Part shown: in pieces, positions 1 to 11,121 of the stretch
How the letters are laid out: every line of letters starts with the position of its first letter
How positions within the stretch are numbered: position 1 is the first letter of the stretch
NCBI GenBank assembly: GCA_014237925.1
Contig: JABACB010000005.1
Coordinates: 5,990 to 69,989, forward strand
From: Alphaproteobacteria bacterium
GTDB taxonomy: Bacteria > Pseudomonadota > Alphaproteobacteria > JABAAW01
Reading direction: 5' to 3'
Length of the DNA stretch: 64,000 nt
Notes under the pieces: generated by a model
Told to the model about the DNA's origin: nothing
The model's input: the letters and a program-made list of their open reading frames with translations, nothing else
Databases searched by the model: none
Translations under genes and position numbers: made by a program

Positions 1-1
1 C

Positions 2-649
2 AAAGCGATGCGGCTTGCCATCGACGCCGATGCGATTCGCAAGATCGCCTACCCGATCGGCAAGGAAGCGCAGCATCACCATGTCTCGCCCGAGTTTCCG
101 GACCACTTGCCGCTGCCGCGTTTCACGCGCGATGTTGCCGCAGCCAAAAAGCTGCTTGCTGAGGCGGGATATCCGAAAGGCATCGACTTCGAGATCACGA
201 CGAAACCCGATCCGTCCTGGGAGGTCAAAGCCGTCGAAGGCTTGGTGAACCAGTGGCGCGATGCAGGAATTCGCGTGAAGATCAAGCAGCTGCCTTCGTC
301 CAAGTTCTGGGGCGTGTGGGCGAAAGTGCCTTTCGGCTTCACCGAATGGGCACACCGTCCGCTTGGCTCGATGCTGCTCAACCTCGCTTATCGCTCAGGC
401 GTGCCGTGGAACGAGTCGCATTACAACAACGCCGAGTTCGACAAAATCCTCAATCAGGTCGACTCCACGCCTAGCATCAAAAAGCGTAGAAAGCTGATGG
501 GAAAGCTGGAGAAGATCATGCAAGAGGACGGTCCTATCGTCCAGCCGCTGTGGCGCGGGTTGTTCATGGCTTACAACAAGAAAGTCTTGGGCTTCGATCC
601 TCACCCGACCCAGTACATCTTCGGAAACGAACTGGCTGTCCAAGCCTAA
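2..649 (+). CDS. ABC transporter substrate-binding protein (family 5, peptide/nickel type), C-terminal part; the 5' end lies outside the window
   Basis: The frame is open to the window edge. The C-terminal sequence (GVPWNESHYNNAEFDKILNQ...GPIVQPLW) looks like SBP_bac_5 proteins. Two Dpp/Opp-type permeases and a double ATPase follow it. Confidence 0.8.
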   Translation, partial: KAMRLAIDADAIRKIAYPIGKEAQHHHVSPEFPDHLPLPRFTRDVAAAKKLLAEAGYPKGIDFEITTKPDPSWEVKAVEGLVNQWRDAGIRVKIKQLPSSKFWGVWAKVPFGFTEWAHRPLGSMLLNLAYRSGVPWNESHYNNAEFDKILNQVDSTPSIKKRRKLMGKLEKIMQEDGPIVQPLWRGLFMAYNKKVLGFDPHPTQYIFGNELAVQA

Positions 650-670
650 AGGTAGATCGTTTCGGGCGAC

Positions 671-700
671 GCTCCTCTTCTCCTGCACGAGAAGAGGAGC
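671..700 (+). terminator. Perfect 12-bp stem-loop between the binding-protein and permease genes (attenuator or mRNA-stabiliser type)
   Basis: GCTCCTCTTCTC-ctgcac-GAGAAGAGGAGC starts 22 nt after the stop codon at 647-649. There is no clean T-tract, so termination is unproven. Confidence 0.35.
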
Positions 701-879
701 TGTCGTCTCTTGTCCCCCAACAGATTGTACTGACTGAGACGGGACAATTGCCGCGAGGAACTTGTTGCACTAGAAGTTGCTGCGAGGAGCTGCGGAAGGA
801 TATCCTCGTAAGCGAGGTGTCTCAAAACGGGGGCAACCTACAAAACGGGGGAGCCTAAGGGAGCTAAGGGAGATAGAGT

Positions 880-1812
880 GTGACCAAGCTGTTCTTTCGT
901 CGTCTGCTGTCGATCGCGTTGATCGGGCTTGTGATCTCCTTCTTGCTGTTTCTCATCTTCGAGAGCGACAAACTGGAGGTGGCGGGCAAGGTCTTGGGTG
1001 CCTACTCGCTACCCGAACAACGCCTGCTGTGGCTTGAGCAGAACGGCTACGACGAGCCGTTCCTTTTGCGCTATTTTCAGTGGCTCGGCAAGTTCTTGCT
1101 CGGCGATTGGGGTGTCTCCTTGCAATACGACACGCCCGTTCGTCCCTATCTCATGGATCAGCTGAAGAACACGGCGATTTTGGGAGGACTTGTCTTTTCG
1201 CTCACGCTCGTCTTTTCGCTGGTGCTTGGCGTGCTTTCGGGCGTTTTTGAGGGTCGCATGACGGATCGTCTTGTCTCGGGCTTTGCGGTGCTGACAACCT
1301 CGGTGCCCGAGTTTGCTTCAGCCACCTTGCTGGCGGCGGTCTTCGTCTTTTGGCTCGGCATCTTGCCCGGCACCTCGAGTTTTCAAGACGGCTTTCGCTG
1401 GATCGAACTCGTCCTTCCTGTTACCGTGCTGGTGATCTACAACTTTGGCTACTACACGCGCATGACGCGCGCCTCCATGGCGGAGGTGATGACCTCGCAG
1501 TATGTGCGCACGGCAATTTTGAAAGGCATGCGCTTTCGTCGCGTCGTGCTGAACCATGCGTTGCGCAACGCACTGATCGCGCCCTTCACGGTGATGGTCT
1601 TGCAATTGAACTATCTGCTTTCGGGTGTCATCGTCGTCGAGGTGTTCTTCGGCTACAAGGGGTTCGGCAAGATGCTGTACGACGCTGCTCTGTTTGGCGA
1701 CCTCTATGTTTTGGAAGCGGCGACGATGATCGCCGTTGCGATCGCCGTCATGTCGCAGTTCATTTCGGATGTCGGCTACGCGCTGCTCAACCCTCGCATC
1801 CGCTTCAGCTGA
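880..1812 (+). CDS. ABC transporter permease, DppB/OppB-like
   Basis: 310 aa with a GTG start. It has an N-terminal TM helix and a binding-protein-dependent permease core (YVRTAILKGMRFRRVVLNHALRNALIAPFT). Confidence 0.9.
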   Translation: MTKLFFRRLLSIALIGLVISFLLFLIFESDKLEVAGKVLGAYSLPEQRLLWLEQNGYDEPFLLRYFQWLGKFLLGDWGVSLQYDTPVRPYLMDQLKNTAILGGLVFSLTLVFSLVLGVLSGVFEGRMTDRLVSGFAVLTTSVPEFASATLLAAVFVFWLGILPGTSSFQDGFRWIELVLPVTVLVIYNFGYYTRMTRASMAEVMTSQYVRTAILKGMRFRRVVLNHALRNALIAPFTVMVLQLNYLLSGVIVVEVFFGYKGFGKMLYDAALFGDLYVLEAATMIAVAIAVMSQFISDVGYALLNPRIRFS

Positions 1813-1815
1813 GCG

Positions 1816-2721
1816 ATGACAGAGAAAACAGACGACGAAGAGACAGGGGTAGCGCCGCAATCCAGCCGCCTGCTCGGCTTGTGGCGCGGGATGACCCTTT
1901 TGCGCGAATCGCGTATCGGTATGGTCGGGCTTGCGCTCGTCATGTTTTGGATTCTGCTCTCGATTTTTGCTCCGATTCTGCCGCTGATCGATCCTCTTCA
2001 ACAGTATGCCTGTTGCACTCAGCTGGGGGTCAACAGCCACGGCGACGGAGGTGAGTTTTTTCTGCTCGGAACCGACGACCGCGGACGCGACATCCTGTCG
2101 CGTCTGGTGTGGGGGGGAAGGCTCGTGCTGTTTTGGTCTGCCTTCGCGATGTTCGTCGCCTATATCGTGGGCGGATCGATGGGGCTCGTCGCGGGCTACC
2201 TCGGCAGATGGTGGGACGGCGTGCTGTCCTTTCTGGCAAACGTGCTACTCTCCTTTCCGGTGATGGTCATGTATCTTTTGGTCATCACCTACTTGGGCGG
2301 TGCTTCAGGAGCGAATGTCGTCTTCGCCGTGACCTTTGCGACGGCGCCTGCGATCTTTCGTATCGTGAGAGGGTTGATCTTGGACATTCGAGCGCGCGAC
2401 TATGTTTTTGCAGCCCAAGTTCGTGGCGAACATCCTATACGCATCATGCTTGTGGAATTGTTGCCGAATGTTCGCGGACCTCTGATCGTGGACATGTGCC
2501 TGCGCTTGGGCTACACGACGATCACGATCGCTTTGTTGGGTTACTTGGGAATTGGTTTGCCGCCGCCGTCTCCGAACTGGGGGACGATGATCGCCGATGC
2601 GCAGCAGTTCGGACACTTCGGTGTCAACGCGATGCTTTGGCCTGCGATTGCCATCTCGACGCTGGTGCTGGGGCTCAATCTTTTTGCCGACGGCTTGCGT
2701 GAGGTTTCCTTGCGCGACTGA
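1816..2721 (+). CDS. ABC transporter permease, DppC/OppC-like
   Basis: 301 aa, starting 4 nt after the previous stop. It is a multi-TM protein with the motif FAAQVRGEHPIRIMLVELLPNVRGPLIV, typical of the second Dpp/Opp permease. Confidence 0.9.
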   Translation: MTEKTDDEETGVAPQSSRLLGLWRGMTLLRESRIGMVGLALVMFWILLSIFAPILPLIDPLQQYACCTQLGVNSHGDGGEFFLLGTDDRGRDILSRLVWGGRLVLFWSAFAMFVAYIVGGSMGLVAGYLGRWWDGVLSFLANVLLSFPVMVMYLLVITYLGGASGANVVFAVTFATAPAIFRIVRGLILDIRARDYVFAAQVRGEHPIRIMLVELLPNVRGPLIVDMCLRLGYTTITIALLGYLGIGLPPPSPNWGTMIADAQQFGHFGVNAMLWPAIAISTLVLGLNLFADGLREVSLRD

Positions 2722-2752
2722 GCGCACTAGGGAATAAGGGAGAATCGATTTT

Positions 2753-4861
2753 ATGTCTACATCTGACCAGCGTCTTCGGAGTCAGCAACCCGTTTTGGAA
2801 TGCAAGGATCTCTGCCTTTCCTACGACACGCGCGGCGGCGAGGTAGAGGCTGTCGTTGATTTCAATCTTTCGATTATGCCCGGCGAAGCGGTCGGTCTCG
2901 TCGGCGAATCGGGGTGCGGCAAGTCGACGGTCGCGCTCGCGATCATGCAATACCTTGGCAGGAACGGATCGGTCGTCTCAGGCGAGATCAACTTCATGGG
3001 GCGTAACCTTTGTGCGATGAACGAAGCCGAGTTGCGTCGCATTCGCGGCAAAGAGATTGCGATGGTCTATCAGGAGCCGATGGCGTCGCTAAACCCTTCG
3101 ATGAAGATCGGAAAGCAGCTGATAGAAGTGCCTATGCGCCACGAAGGCTTGTCGTTCGATAAGGCGTACAAACGTGCGGTCACGCTTTTGGACGAGGTGA
3201 ATCTTTCCGATCCCGACATGATGATGAAGCGTTTCCCTCACCAGTTGTCGGGAGGTCAGCAGCAGCGTGTTCTCATTGCAATGGCGCTGTTGTCGCGTCC
3301 GAAGCTGTTGCTGTTGGACGAGCCCACGACGGCATTGGATGTGACGGTCGAGGCGGGGATCGTCGATTTGATCCGCGGCATTGCAAAAAAATACGGCACT
3401 TCGTTGCTGTACATCTCGCACAACTTGGGTTTGATCTTGGAAACTTGCGACCGCATCACGGTGATGTATTCGGGGCAGGCGGTCGAGCGGGGTTCGATCA
3501 AGCAGGTGTTCGATCAAATGCGTCATCCCTACACGCGAGGTCTTTTCAGTTCGATCCCTCTGCCCGGTGCGGATCGACACGAACATCCGCTCGTTCCGAT
3601 TCGCGGTCAGCTGCCGTTGCCGCAGTCTCGTCCGAAGGGTTGTTATTTCTCGCCGCGCTGCGATTTTGCCAAGAAAGGGGTCTGCGACCAGGAACAAATC
3701 TCCATGCAGGCGATTGCGGGCAGGCAGGGACATGTGGTGCGTTGTGCGCGCTACAACGAAATCGACTGGGCGAAGTACAAGCCTGAGGGCTTGAAGCATC
3801 CGGTGTCACAGAGGGGAGGGGAGGTGCTGGTCGTAGACAACATGAAGAAGTATTACGAGATCAAGGATCGCTCTTTACGCGCTTTGTTGAGGGGGGGGAA
3901 GACGCGTTATATCAAGGCGAACGACGGGCTGAGCTTTTCGGCGCACGAGGCGGAGACGGTCGCTATCGTGGGCGAGACGGGTTGCGGCAAGTCGACTTTG
4001 GCGAAGGTCTTAATGGGCTTGGAGTGCGCGACGGAAGGCAGGATCGAAGTTAAGGGCAAGAATATCGCGGACTTGCCCGTACAGCAGCGCAACCCGCAGA
4101 TGATCGGAACCTTGCAGATCGTGTTTCAGAACCCGTTCGAAACTTTGAACCCCTCGTATTCGGTCGGCTCCCAGGTGGAGCGTGTTTTGAAGAAGTTTGG
4201 TATCGCGCGGGGTCGCGCGGAGACGCGTCGCAAGATGCACGAGATGTTGGATTTGGTCAAGTTGCCGCGAGCGTTCGCGACGCGCAAACCCAGACAATTG
4301 TCGGGCGGACAAAAGCAGCGCATTGGCATCGCGCGTGCTTTCGCCGGGGACACGGCGGTGATCGTAGCGGACGAGCCTGTCTCGGCGTTGGATGTTTCGG
4401 TGCAAGCTTCGGTGACGGCTTTGTTGAGCGATATTCAACACAAGAAGCGCACGACCTTGTTGTTTATCAGCCACGACCTTTCGTTGGTGCGCTACCTTTC
4501 GGATCGTGTTTTGGTGATGTATCTGGGGCGGATCGTCGAGAAGGGGACGACGGAAGAAATTTTTTCTCCGCCCTATCATCCTTATACGGAGGCTTTGCTG
4601 TCGGCGGTTCCCATTGCGGACACTTCGGTGACAAAGAAGCGAATCGTCTTGAAGGGCGAGTTGCCTTCGCCCAGCAACCCTCCCAGCGGCTGTCCGTTTC
4701 AGACGCGTTGTCCTCGCAAGATAGGGAAGATTTGCGAGACAGAGCCTCCTCCGATCAAGGAGATCAGTGCCAGCCACTCGGTGGCGTGTCATTTGGAGGA
4801 TGATGTTTTACGGGCGATGGAACCGGTGATCGAGATGGGCAAAGCGAAAACAGCGGCATGA
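2753..4861 (+). CDS. ABC transporter ATP-binding protein with two fused ATPase domains (DppD/DppF-like)
   Basis: 702 aa with two Walker A motifs (GESGCGKST, GETGCGKST) and two signature motifs (LSGGQQQR, LSGGQKQR). Oligopeptide-type C-terminal extensions follow each domain. Confidence 0.93.
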   Translation: MSTSDQRLRSQQPVLECKDLCLSYDTRGGEVEAVVDFNLSIMPGEAVGLVGESGCGKSTVALAIMQYLGRNGSVVSGEINFMGRNLCAMNEAELRRIRGKEIAMVYQEPMASLNPSMKIGKQLIEVPMRHEGLSFDKAYKRAVTLLDEVNLSDPDMMMKRFPHQLSGGQQQRVLIAMALLSRPKLLLLDEPTTALDVTVEAGIVDLIRGIAKKYGTSLLYISHNLGLILETCDRITVMYSGQAVERGSIKQVFDQMRHPYTRGLFSSIPLPGADRHEHPLVPIRGQLPLPQSRPKGCYFSPRCDFAKKGVCDQEQISMQAIAGRQGHVVRCARYNEIDWAKYKPEGLKHPVSQRGGEVLVVDNMKKYYEIKDRSLRALLRGGKTRYIKANDGLSFSAHEAETVAIVGETGCGKSTLAKVLMGLECATEGRIEVKGKNIADLPVQQRNPQMIGTLQIVFQNPFETLNPSYSVGSQVERVLKKFGIARGRAETRRKMHEMLDLVKLPRAFATRKPRQLSGGQKQRIGIARAFAGDTAVIVADEPVSALDVSVQASVTALLSDIQHKKRTTLLFISHDLSLVRYLSDRVLVMYLGRIVEKGTTEEIFSPPYHPYTEALLSAVPIADTSVTKKRIVLKGELPSPSNPPSGCPFQTRCPRKIGKICETEPPPIKEISASHSVACHLEDDVLRAMEPVIEMGKAKTAA

Positions 4862-4893
4862 TACGAAATAACTTGTGTCTTTCGATTGGCGGA

Positions 4894-4965
4894 AAAGCGC
4901 AAGACAAAGCGCAAAACAAAGCGCAAGACAAAGCGCAAAACAAAGCGCAAAACAAAGCGACAAGA
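4894..4965. repeat. 12-nt tandem repeat AAAGCGCAA(G/A)AC, about 6 copies
   Basis: Read directly. Units start at 4894, 4906, 4918, 4930, 4942 and 4954 (partial). The motif ACAAGACGCGCAAACT follows, and it recurs after another array at about 17670. Confidence 0.9.
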
Positions 4966-5379
4966 CGCGCAAACTCTACTTCATCGCTGCTTTATCTTTT
5001 TATCTTGCGGCGATTGACGCATAGGGATGCGTACAGGAATGCGCGTTGCGAGTAACTAACGCGCATTAGATCGCTGGGAATCGGGACACACCCCTTTCTC
5101 TGTGCCATCCAAGATGCCATCCAAGATGCCATTCAAGCAGCGTTTCTGTAGCGAGGTTTTTTGTATAGCGGCGTTTTGCAGAAACGCGCCAGCAGAGATT
5201 AGGGACGCAGTACAGTATAGCCTTTCTGTTCGCTCACGCGGCAGCTCTCTAAAAAACGCAAGCGCAAGTTCAAGTTCGGAGCCGCAACAGAAAGGTGTAG
5301 CATCCACAAAGCATTGTGTTCGGGTCTGAAGGATTGGGAAAAGATACTCGGAACACTCACTCCGTGCCTCCGTTCAAGG

Positions 5380-6168
5380 CTACTTCTTCAAGTTCGGTCG
5401 ATCCCTGTTAAAATGTTTCGCCAAATAGCCCAACACCTTCGTCCTGTCGGTAGCCGCTATCGGCTGCATCTCCTGCTCTTCGACCATCCAATCTAGCAAC
5501 TCGTCCCAATCTGCACGGTTCAAGCCTTGCTGCACGACCAAGCTCAAAGAATGGCAGACGGAACAATAAGCCTCCGTCTCATCCCGCCCAACACCTGCAG
5601 GCAACAAAGAAGACTTCGCTGCAACACGAGCTCCAGAACTGGCTCCTTTCTTGTCGCTTGTCTTTTTCTTGCTATCCTTTTTCTTGCTATCCTTTTTCTT
5701 GCTATCCTTTTTCTTGTTGTCTTTCTTCGCAACGCTCAATCGTATCGGCTTGTCGCTCTTGCTGTTCAAATAAGCGATCACATCCGCCCTCTGCTTTGTA
5801 TCCGACAGTCCGACGAAAAGCATTCGGCTACCCGGCACAACTGCGCTCGGTTTTTTCAAGTAGGCATCCAAGGTTGCGACATCCCACTTTTTGCCGAACT
5901 TCTTCATCGCCTCCGAATACTGGAAGCCCTCCGTCGTTGCCGATTTCTTTCCGACGATGCCCCACAGATTCGGACCGATGAGATGCACGCCCTTCTTCTC
6001 GATGGTGTGACAAGTCTTACATCTGATAAAGACCTTCTGCCCTGCGACAGGGTCGAAAGCCTGCGCGACACGAAGAGAGGAGGGCAGGGGAGAGACTTCT
6101 GCCAACAGCAGGAGAAAAGTCCCTCCCCCGACGACTCCTTTTAGAAGACGCGACAACACCTCAACCAT
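5380..6168 (-). CDS. Diheme c-type cytochrome, probable electron acceptor of the adjacent molybdoenzyme
   Basis: 262 aa with an N-terminal signal-like segment and two CxxCH motifs (CKTCH, CSVCH). The first domain looks like class I cytochrome c (GPNLWGIVGKK...YSEAMK). A KKDSK x4 linker is encoded by a 15-nt repeat at about 5663-5720. The gene lies directly downstream of the SorA-like gene. Confidence 0.85.
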   Translation of the reverse strand: MVEVLSRLLKGVVGGGTFLLLLAEVSPLPSSLRVAQAFDPVAGQKVFIRCKTCHTIEKKGVHLIGPNLWGIVGKKSATTEGFQYSEAMKKFGKKWDVATLDAYLKKPSAVVPGSRMLFVGLSDTKQRADVIAYLNSKSDKPIRLSVAKKDNKKKDSKKKDSKKKDSKKKTSDKKGASSGARVAAKSSLLPAGVGRDETEAYCSVCHSLSLVVQQGLNRADWDELLDWMVEEQEMQPIAATDRTKVLGYLAKHFNRDRPNLKK

Positions 6169-6193
6169 CTATGCTGGCACAAGACGCATGGAT

Positions 6194-6255
6194 GGGAAGC
6201 AGGGTGCTTGGAGAAGCAGGGTGCTTGGAAGCAGGGTGCTTGGAAGCAGGGTGCT
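6194..6255. repeat. 15-nt tandem repeat GGAAGCAGGGTGCTT, about 4 copies, in the spacer between the molybdoenzyme and cytochrome genes
   Basis: Read directly between the stop at 6269 and the start at 6168 of the two minus-strand genes. Confidence 0.9.
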
Positions 6256-6268
6256 TCTCGCGCACGGC

Positions 6269-7621
6269 TTACGACACGCGAACGGCGACTCGGAAGAGGC
6301 TATTGTTCAGATAGCCCTTCGGGTTCCAATCGATCGCGTGCGGCTGGCTTTCACCCGCCGAATCGGTTGCGCGCGCCCATACTTCGTAATAACCGCTCTG
6401 CGGGAAGGTTATCTGCGCCGAGAAGTTTTGCCATGCTCCCTTGTTTTCCGGAGCTTGCAACTTTGCTTTTTGCCAAGTCGCGCCGAAATCCTTGGAGAGA
6501 TGCACAACCTTGACCTTGCGGTCGCCCGACCAAGCGTGTCCTCGCACTTCGATCGCTTCGCCGCTTTCTGCGCCCGAGCGCGGATGCGTGATCAGCGATT
6601 TGACGGGCATGCGCTCGATGATGACAAAGTCTTTCGTTGCGACCTTCTCGCCAGCGGAGACGGAACGATTCGGCACGCGATAGGCTTTCCCTGTCATCTT
6701 CGGTCCGTCGTGCACTTGGTCTCGGATTTGGATTCTCCTAAGCCACTTCTGCGAGCAAGAGCCAGGCCATCCCGGCACGACGAGCCTTAGCGGTGCGCCG
6801 TTCAGAGGGGAGATCGCTCCTCCGTTTTGTTCGAAGGCGATCAAGATGCTGTCGTCCATGGCTTTGTGGATCGGCACGCCGCGCGAGATCGCAAGCTTGC
6901 CCGCCTTGCCGGAGAGGTGCGTGTCCGCCCCGTAGTGAGCGGTGTAGACGGCTCCGTCCTTGATCTTCGCTTTCTTGAGTACATCCTTCAGTCTGACCCC
7001 CGTCCATTCCGAACAGGCGATCGCGCCGTAGGTCCATTGGTTGCCTTTCGCGGGCGGATCGAAGAAGGCTCTGCCGTTGCCGCCGCATTCGATCAAAAGA
7101 GCCTTCGTATAGACCTTGAAATTGCTCTTCAAGTCTTCGATCGAAAGCTCCATCGGATTGTCGACCAATCCGTCGATGGTGAGCGTCCAAGTTGCAGCGT
7201 CCGGACTTTCTGGCGGAATGCCGTTGTTGCGCACGAAGTGGCGCGCGGTGGGCGTGATCGCGTCGTCCAAAAGGTGAGGCGGTGCCTCCGCGTTGACAGG
7301 ACGATCGTTCAGCACGATCAGACCGTCCTTGTCGGGAAGGGTCATCATGCTTTCCGCAAGCGCGGCAGGAATCAATCCCGACGGCATGAAGCGGTGATAG
7401 GGAATCGTCGCACCGACCAACGCGCTCATGGCGGCAAGCCCTGCTCCGTGCAAAAAGCCTCTGCGATCGCTCTCGGCAATCCTTCCGAACATGCGCAAGT
7501 CGCCTTTCTCCGCTCCTTCTGCATAGACATCCGAAAGACTCGCAAGCCCTTGTGTGTTTGCTCGACGCACATTCGCTGGGCGGGCGCGAGTCGTTGTTTT
7601 CGTCTTTTCGAGAACAGCCAT
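6269..7621 (-). CDS. Sulfite-oxidase-family molybdopterin oxidoreductase (SorA/SoxC-like sulfite dehydrogenase), Tat-exported
   Basis: 450 aa with a twin-arginine motif (SDRRGFLHGAG). Molybdopterin-binding and dimerisation regions are recognisable (ECGGNGRAFF, WTYGAIACSEWTGVRLKDVL). An AAGGAG RBS lies 8 nt upstream of the ATG at 7621. An alternative start at 7492 is possible. Confidence 0.85.
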   Translation of the reverse strand: MAVLEKTKTTTRARPANVRRANTQGLASLSDVYAEGAEKGDLRMFGRIAESDRRGFLHGAGLAAMSALVGATIPYHRFMPSGLIPAALAESMMTLPDKDGLIVLNDRPVNAEAPPHLLDDAITPTARHFVRNNGIPPESPDAATWTLTIDGLVDNPMELSIEDLKSNFKVYTKALLIECGGNGRAFFDPPAKGNQWTYGAIACSEWTGVRLKDVLKKAKIKDGAVYTAHYGADTHLSGKAGKLAISRGVPIHKAMDDSILIAFEQNGGAISPLNGAPLRLVVPGWPGSCSQKWLRRIQIRDQVHDGPKMTGKAYRVPNRSVSAGEKVATKDFVIIERMPVKSLITHPRSGAESGEAIEVRGHAWSGDRKVKVVHLSKDFGATWQKAKLQAPENKGAWQNFSAQITFPQSGYYEVWARATDSAGESQPHAIDWNPKGYLNNSLFRVAVRVS

Positions 7622-7781
7622 TGTCTTGTCTCCTTTGCTATCGAAATCGCGTTGCGAAATCGTGTTGCTTGCGGCGTTTCGTCCATCTCAAGCGGACAAT
7701 ACCACCACTCTCGCGTCATTCTTGCATGCTTTTCGCGCAAGAGTCAATTCTTAAGAGTCAATTTTCTTAAGGGTCAATTTT

Positions 7782-8672
7782 TTATTGTTCCAGCAGTTTT
7801 TTGATCGTTTCTCCCAACAAGGCAGGGTTGTCCAAGACTTCGATCCCCGCGTTATGCATGGCTTCGACCTTCTCTTTCGCCCCGCCCTTTCCCCCAGAGA
7901 CGATCGCGCCCGCATGCCCCATGCGTTTGCCCTCAGGGGCTGCGGCACCTGCGATGAACCCCGCGATGGGTTTGTTGGCTTTGTGTTGTTTCCGTCTTTC
8001 GAGCAGATAGTCGCAAGCCTCTTCTTCGGCGCTTCCTCCGATTTCGCCTATCATGAGGATGCCTTCGGTCTCCTTGTCTTCGAGGAAGAGCTCGAGACAA
8101 TCTGTGAAGCTCGTGCCATTGAGAGGGTCTCCGCCGATGCCGATACAAGTGGATTGTCCGAGCCCGACCTTCGTCGTTTGATCGACCGCCTCGTAGGTGA
8201 GCGTGCCGGAGCGCGAGACGATACCGATCGTTCCTTTCTTGTGAATATGCCCTGGCATGATGCCGATCTTGCACGCCTCAGGCGTGATGATACCAGGGCA
8301 GTTCGGACCGATGAGCCGCACCGCAGGGTTGAGCGCGAGTGCCGTCTTCACCGCCGTCATGTCGAGCACGGGAATGCCTTCCGTGATGCAGACGACGAGC
8401 GCAACTTCGGCATCGATCGCCTCCAAGATGGCATCGGCGGCAAAGGGCGGAGGAACGAAGATGACGCTTGCATTCGCTCCCGTCTCGCGTTTCGCGCTTG
8501 CCACCGTGTCGAAGACGGGCAGCCCCAAGTGTTTCTGTCCCCCTTTGCCAGGCGTGACGCCGCCGACCATCTTCGTGCCGTAGGCGATCGCTTGCTCCGA
8601 GTGGAAGGTCCCTTGCGCGCCGGTGAAGCCTTGGCAGAGAACGCGCGTGTTGTGGTCTACGAGAACGGACAT
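7782..8672 (-). CDS. sucD: Succinyl-CoA ligase (ADP-forming) subunit alpha
   Basis: [45 protein letters not shown] and the phosphohistidine loop MGHAGAIV. The track ORF (to 9017) is an N-terminal over-extension; the ATG at 8672 was verified in the sequence. Confidence 0.95.
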   Translation of the reverse strand: MSVLVDHNTRVLCQGFTGAQGTFHSEQAIAYGTKMVGGVTPGKGGQKHLGLPVFDTVASAKRETGANASVIFVPPPFAADAILEAIDAEVALVVCITEGIPVLDMTAVKTALALNPAVRLIGPNCPGIITPEACKIGIMPGHIHKKGTIGIVSRSGTLTYEAVDQTTKVGLGQSTCIGIGGDPLNGTSFTDCLELFLEDKETEGILMIGEIGGSAEEEACDYLLERRKQHKANKPIAGFIAGAAAPEGKRMGHAGAIVSGGKGGAKEKVEAMHNAGIEVLDNPALLGETIKKLLEQ

Positions 8673-8712
8673 GGGAGAACGGACATGGAAAAGGCAGAGG
8701 CGCGGTGTTGCG

Positions 8713-9954
8713 TCAGTGTTGTCGGGCGGCGGCGACGGCTTTTTGCGCCGCCTCCGAGAGCGTCTCAGCCGTGGTGAGGTTGAGTTGCGAGCGCGCGAGA
8801 ATCTCCTTTCCTTGCTCGAAGTTGGTCCCTTGCAATCGCACGACGAGGGGTACATGGACATCGAGGCTTTGGGCGGCGGCGACGATCCCTTCGGCGATGA
8901 CATCGCAACGCATGATGCCGCCGAAGATATTGACGAGAATAGCCTTGACCGCTTTGTCCTTGAGAATGATGCCGAAGGCGGTTTCGACGCGCTCCTTGTC
9001 GGCGCCGCCGCCGACATCCAAGAAGTTTGCAGGCTCGCCGCCGAAGTGCTGGACGATATCCATCGTCGCCATCGCCAGTCCCGCGCCGTTGACCATGCAG
9101 GCGATGTCGCCCTCGAGCTTGATGTAGCTCAGCCCGACCGCGTTGGCTTCGCGTTCCGAGGGCTCTTCTTCGCCTTCGTCGCGCAAGGATTCGAGGTCTT
9201 GCTGGCGGAAGAGCGCGTTATCGTCGAAGGTCATCTTCGCGTCCATCACCAGCAGCGTGCCGTCGGGGCGGACGACCAACGGATTGATTTCGACGAGCGC
9301 GACATCTCGTTTGCGAAACAAGACTACCAGTTTCTGCAACAGGCGCGCGAATTCTTTGACGCTGTTTTTTTCTTTTTGCAATCCGAGTGCGAAGGCGATT
9401 TTTCTCGCCTGCCATGCCTTGAATCCGTCGACGCCGATGTGGGTTTGTACGATGCGTTCGGGTGTTTTCAACGCCACCTCTTCGATATCCATGCCGCCGC
9501 TGGCAGAGGCGATGACGGCGACAGAGGCTTTGCTGCGGTCGACCAACAGCGAGAGGTAGAGCTCGCGTTCGATGGCGGCACCTTCTTCGATGTAGAGTCT
9601 GGAGACAAGCTTACCGCCTTTGCCCGTCTGTTTGGTCACCAATACATGTCCCAGCATGCTTTCTGCGGCTTGTCGCACTTCGTCTTGGCTTCGGCAAAGT
9701 CTTACTCCACCTTTTCCTGCTCCGCCTTTCCCTGCTTCACCTTTCCCTGCATCACTTTTGAAGTATCCTGCGCCCCTTCCACCTGCGTGGATTTGCGCCT
9801 TGACAACAACTAGCGGGGCTGCCAGCTCCTCCGGGGCTGCCAGCTCCTCCCAGGCGGCGACGGCTTCTTCGACGCAGAAGGCGGGCTTGCCGCGCAAGAC
9901 GGGCAACCCCTCCTCGCGCAGCAGCTCCTTGGCTTGGTATTCGTGGATATTCAC
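8713..9954 (-). CDS. sucC: Succinyl-CoA ligase (ADP-forming) subunit beta
   Basis: [19 protein letters not shown]...[12 protein letters not shown]. It carries in-frame duplications (EELAAP x2; a GKG-rich insert) encoded by tandem repeats at about 9700-9850. Confidence 0.95.
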   Translation of the reverse strand: MNIHEYQAKELLREEGLPVLRGKPAFCVEEAVAAWEELAAPEELAAPLVVVKAQIHAGGRGAGYFKSDAGKGEAGKGGAGKGGVRLCRSQDEVRQAAESMLGHVLVTKQTGKGGKLVSRLYIEEGAAIERELYLSLLVDRSKASVAVIASASGGMDIEEVALKTPERIVQTHIGVDGFKAWQARKIAFALGLQKEKNSVKEFARLLQKLVVLFRKRDVALVEINPLVVRPDGTLLVMDAKMTFDDNALFRQQDLESLRDEGEEEPSEREANAVGLSYIKLEGDIACMVNGAGLAMATMDIVQHFGGEPANFLDVGGGADKERVETAFGIILKDKAVKAILVNIFGGIMRCDVIAEGIVAAAQSLDVHVPLVVRLQGTNFEQGKEILARSQLNLTTAETLSEAAQKAVAAARQH

Positions 9955-11043
<1,089 letters not shown>

Positions 11044-11121
11044 TCAAAATTTTTGCCAAGATTTTTTTGCCAAAATTTTTGCCAAGATTTTTTTGTCAAG
11101 ATTTTTTGTAAGGAGTTTTTG

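Noticed and set aside
7782-9017. Long N-terminal extensions of track ORFs (sucD 411 aa, rnd 507 aa, ubiG 445 aa, folD 437 aa, maeB 811 aa, eno 519 aa, smpB frame 420 aa)
   Set aside because: The conserved protein N-termini begin at internal start codons that I verified in the sequence (for example 8672, 13136, 13897, 19270, 38172, 35307). The extensions overlap upstream genes, or in the maeB case a tRNA-Leu gene.
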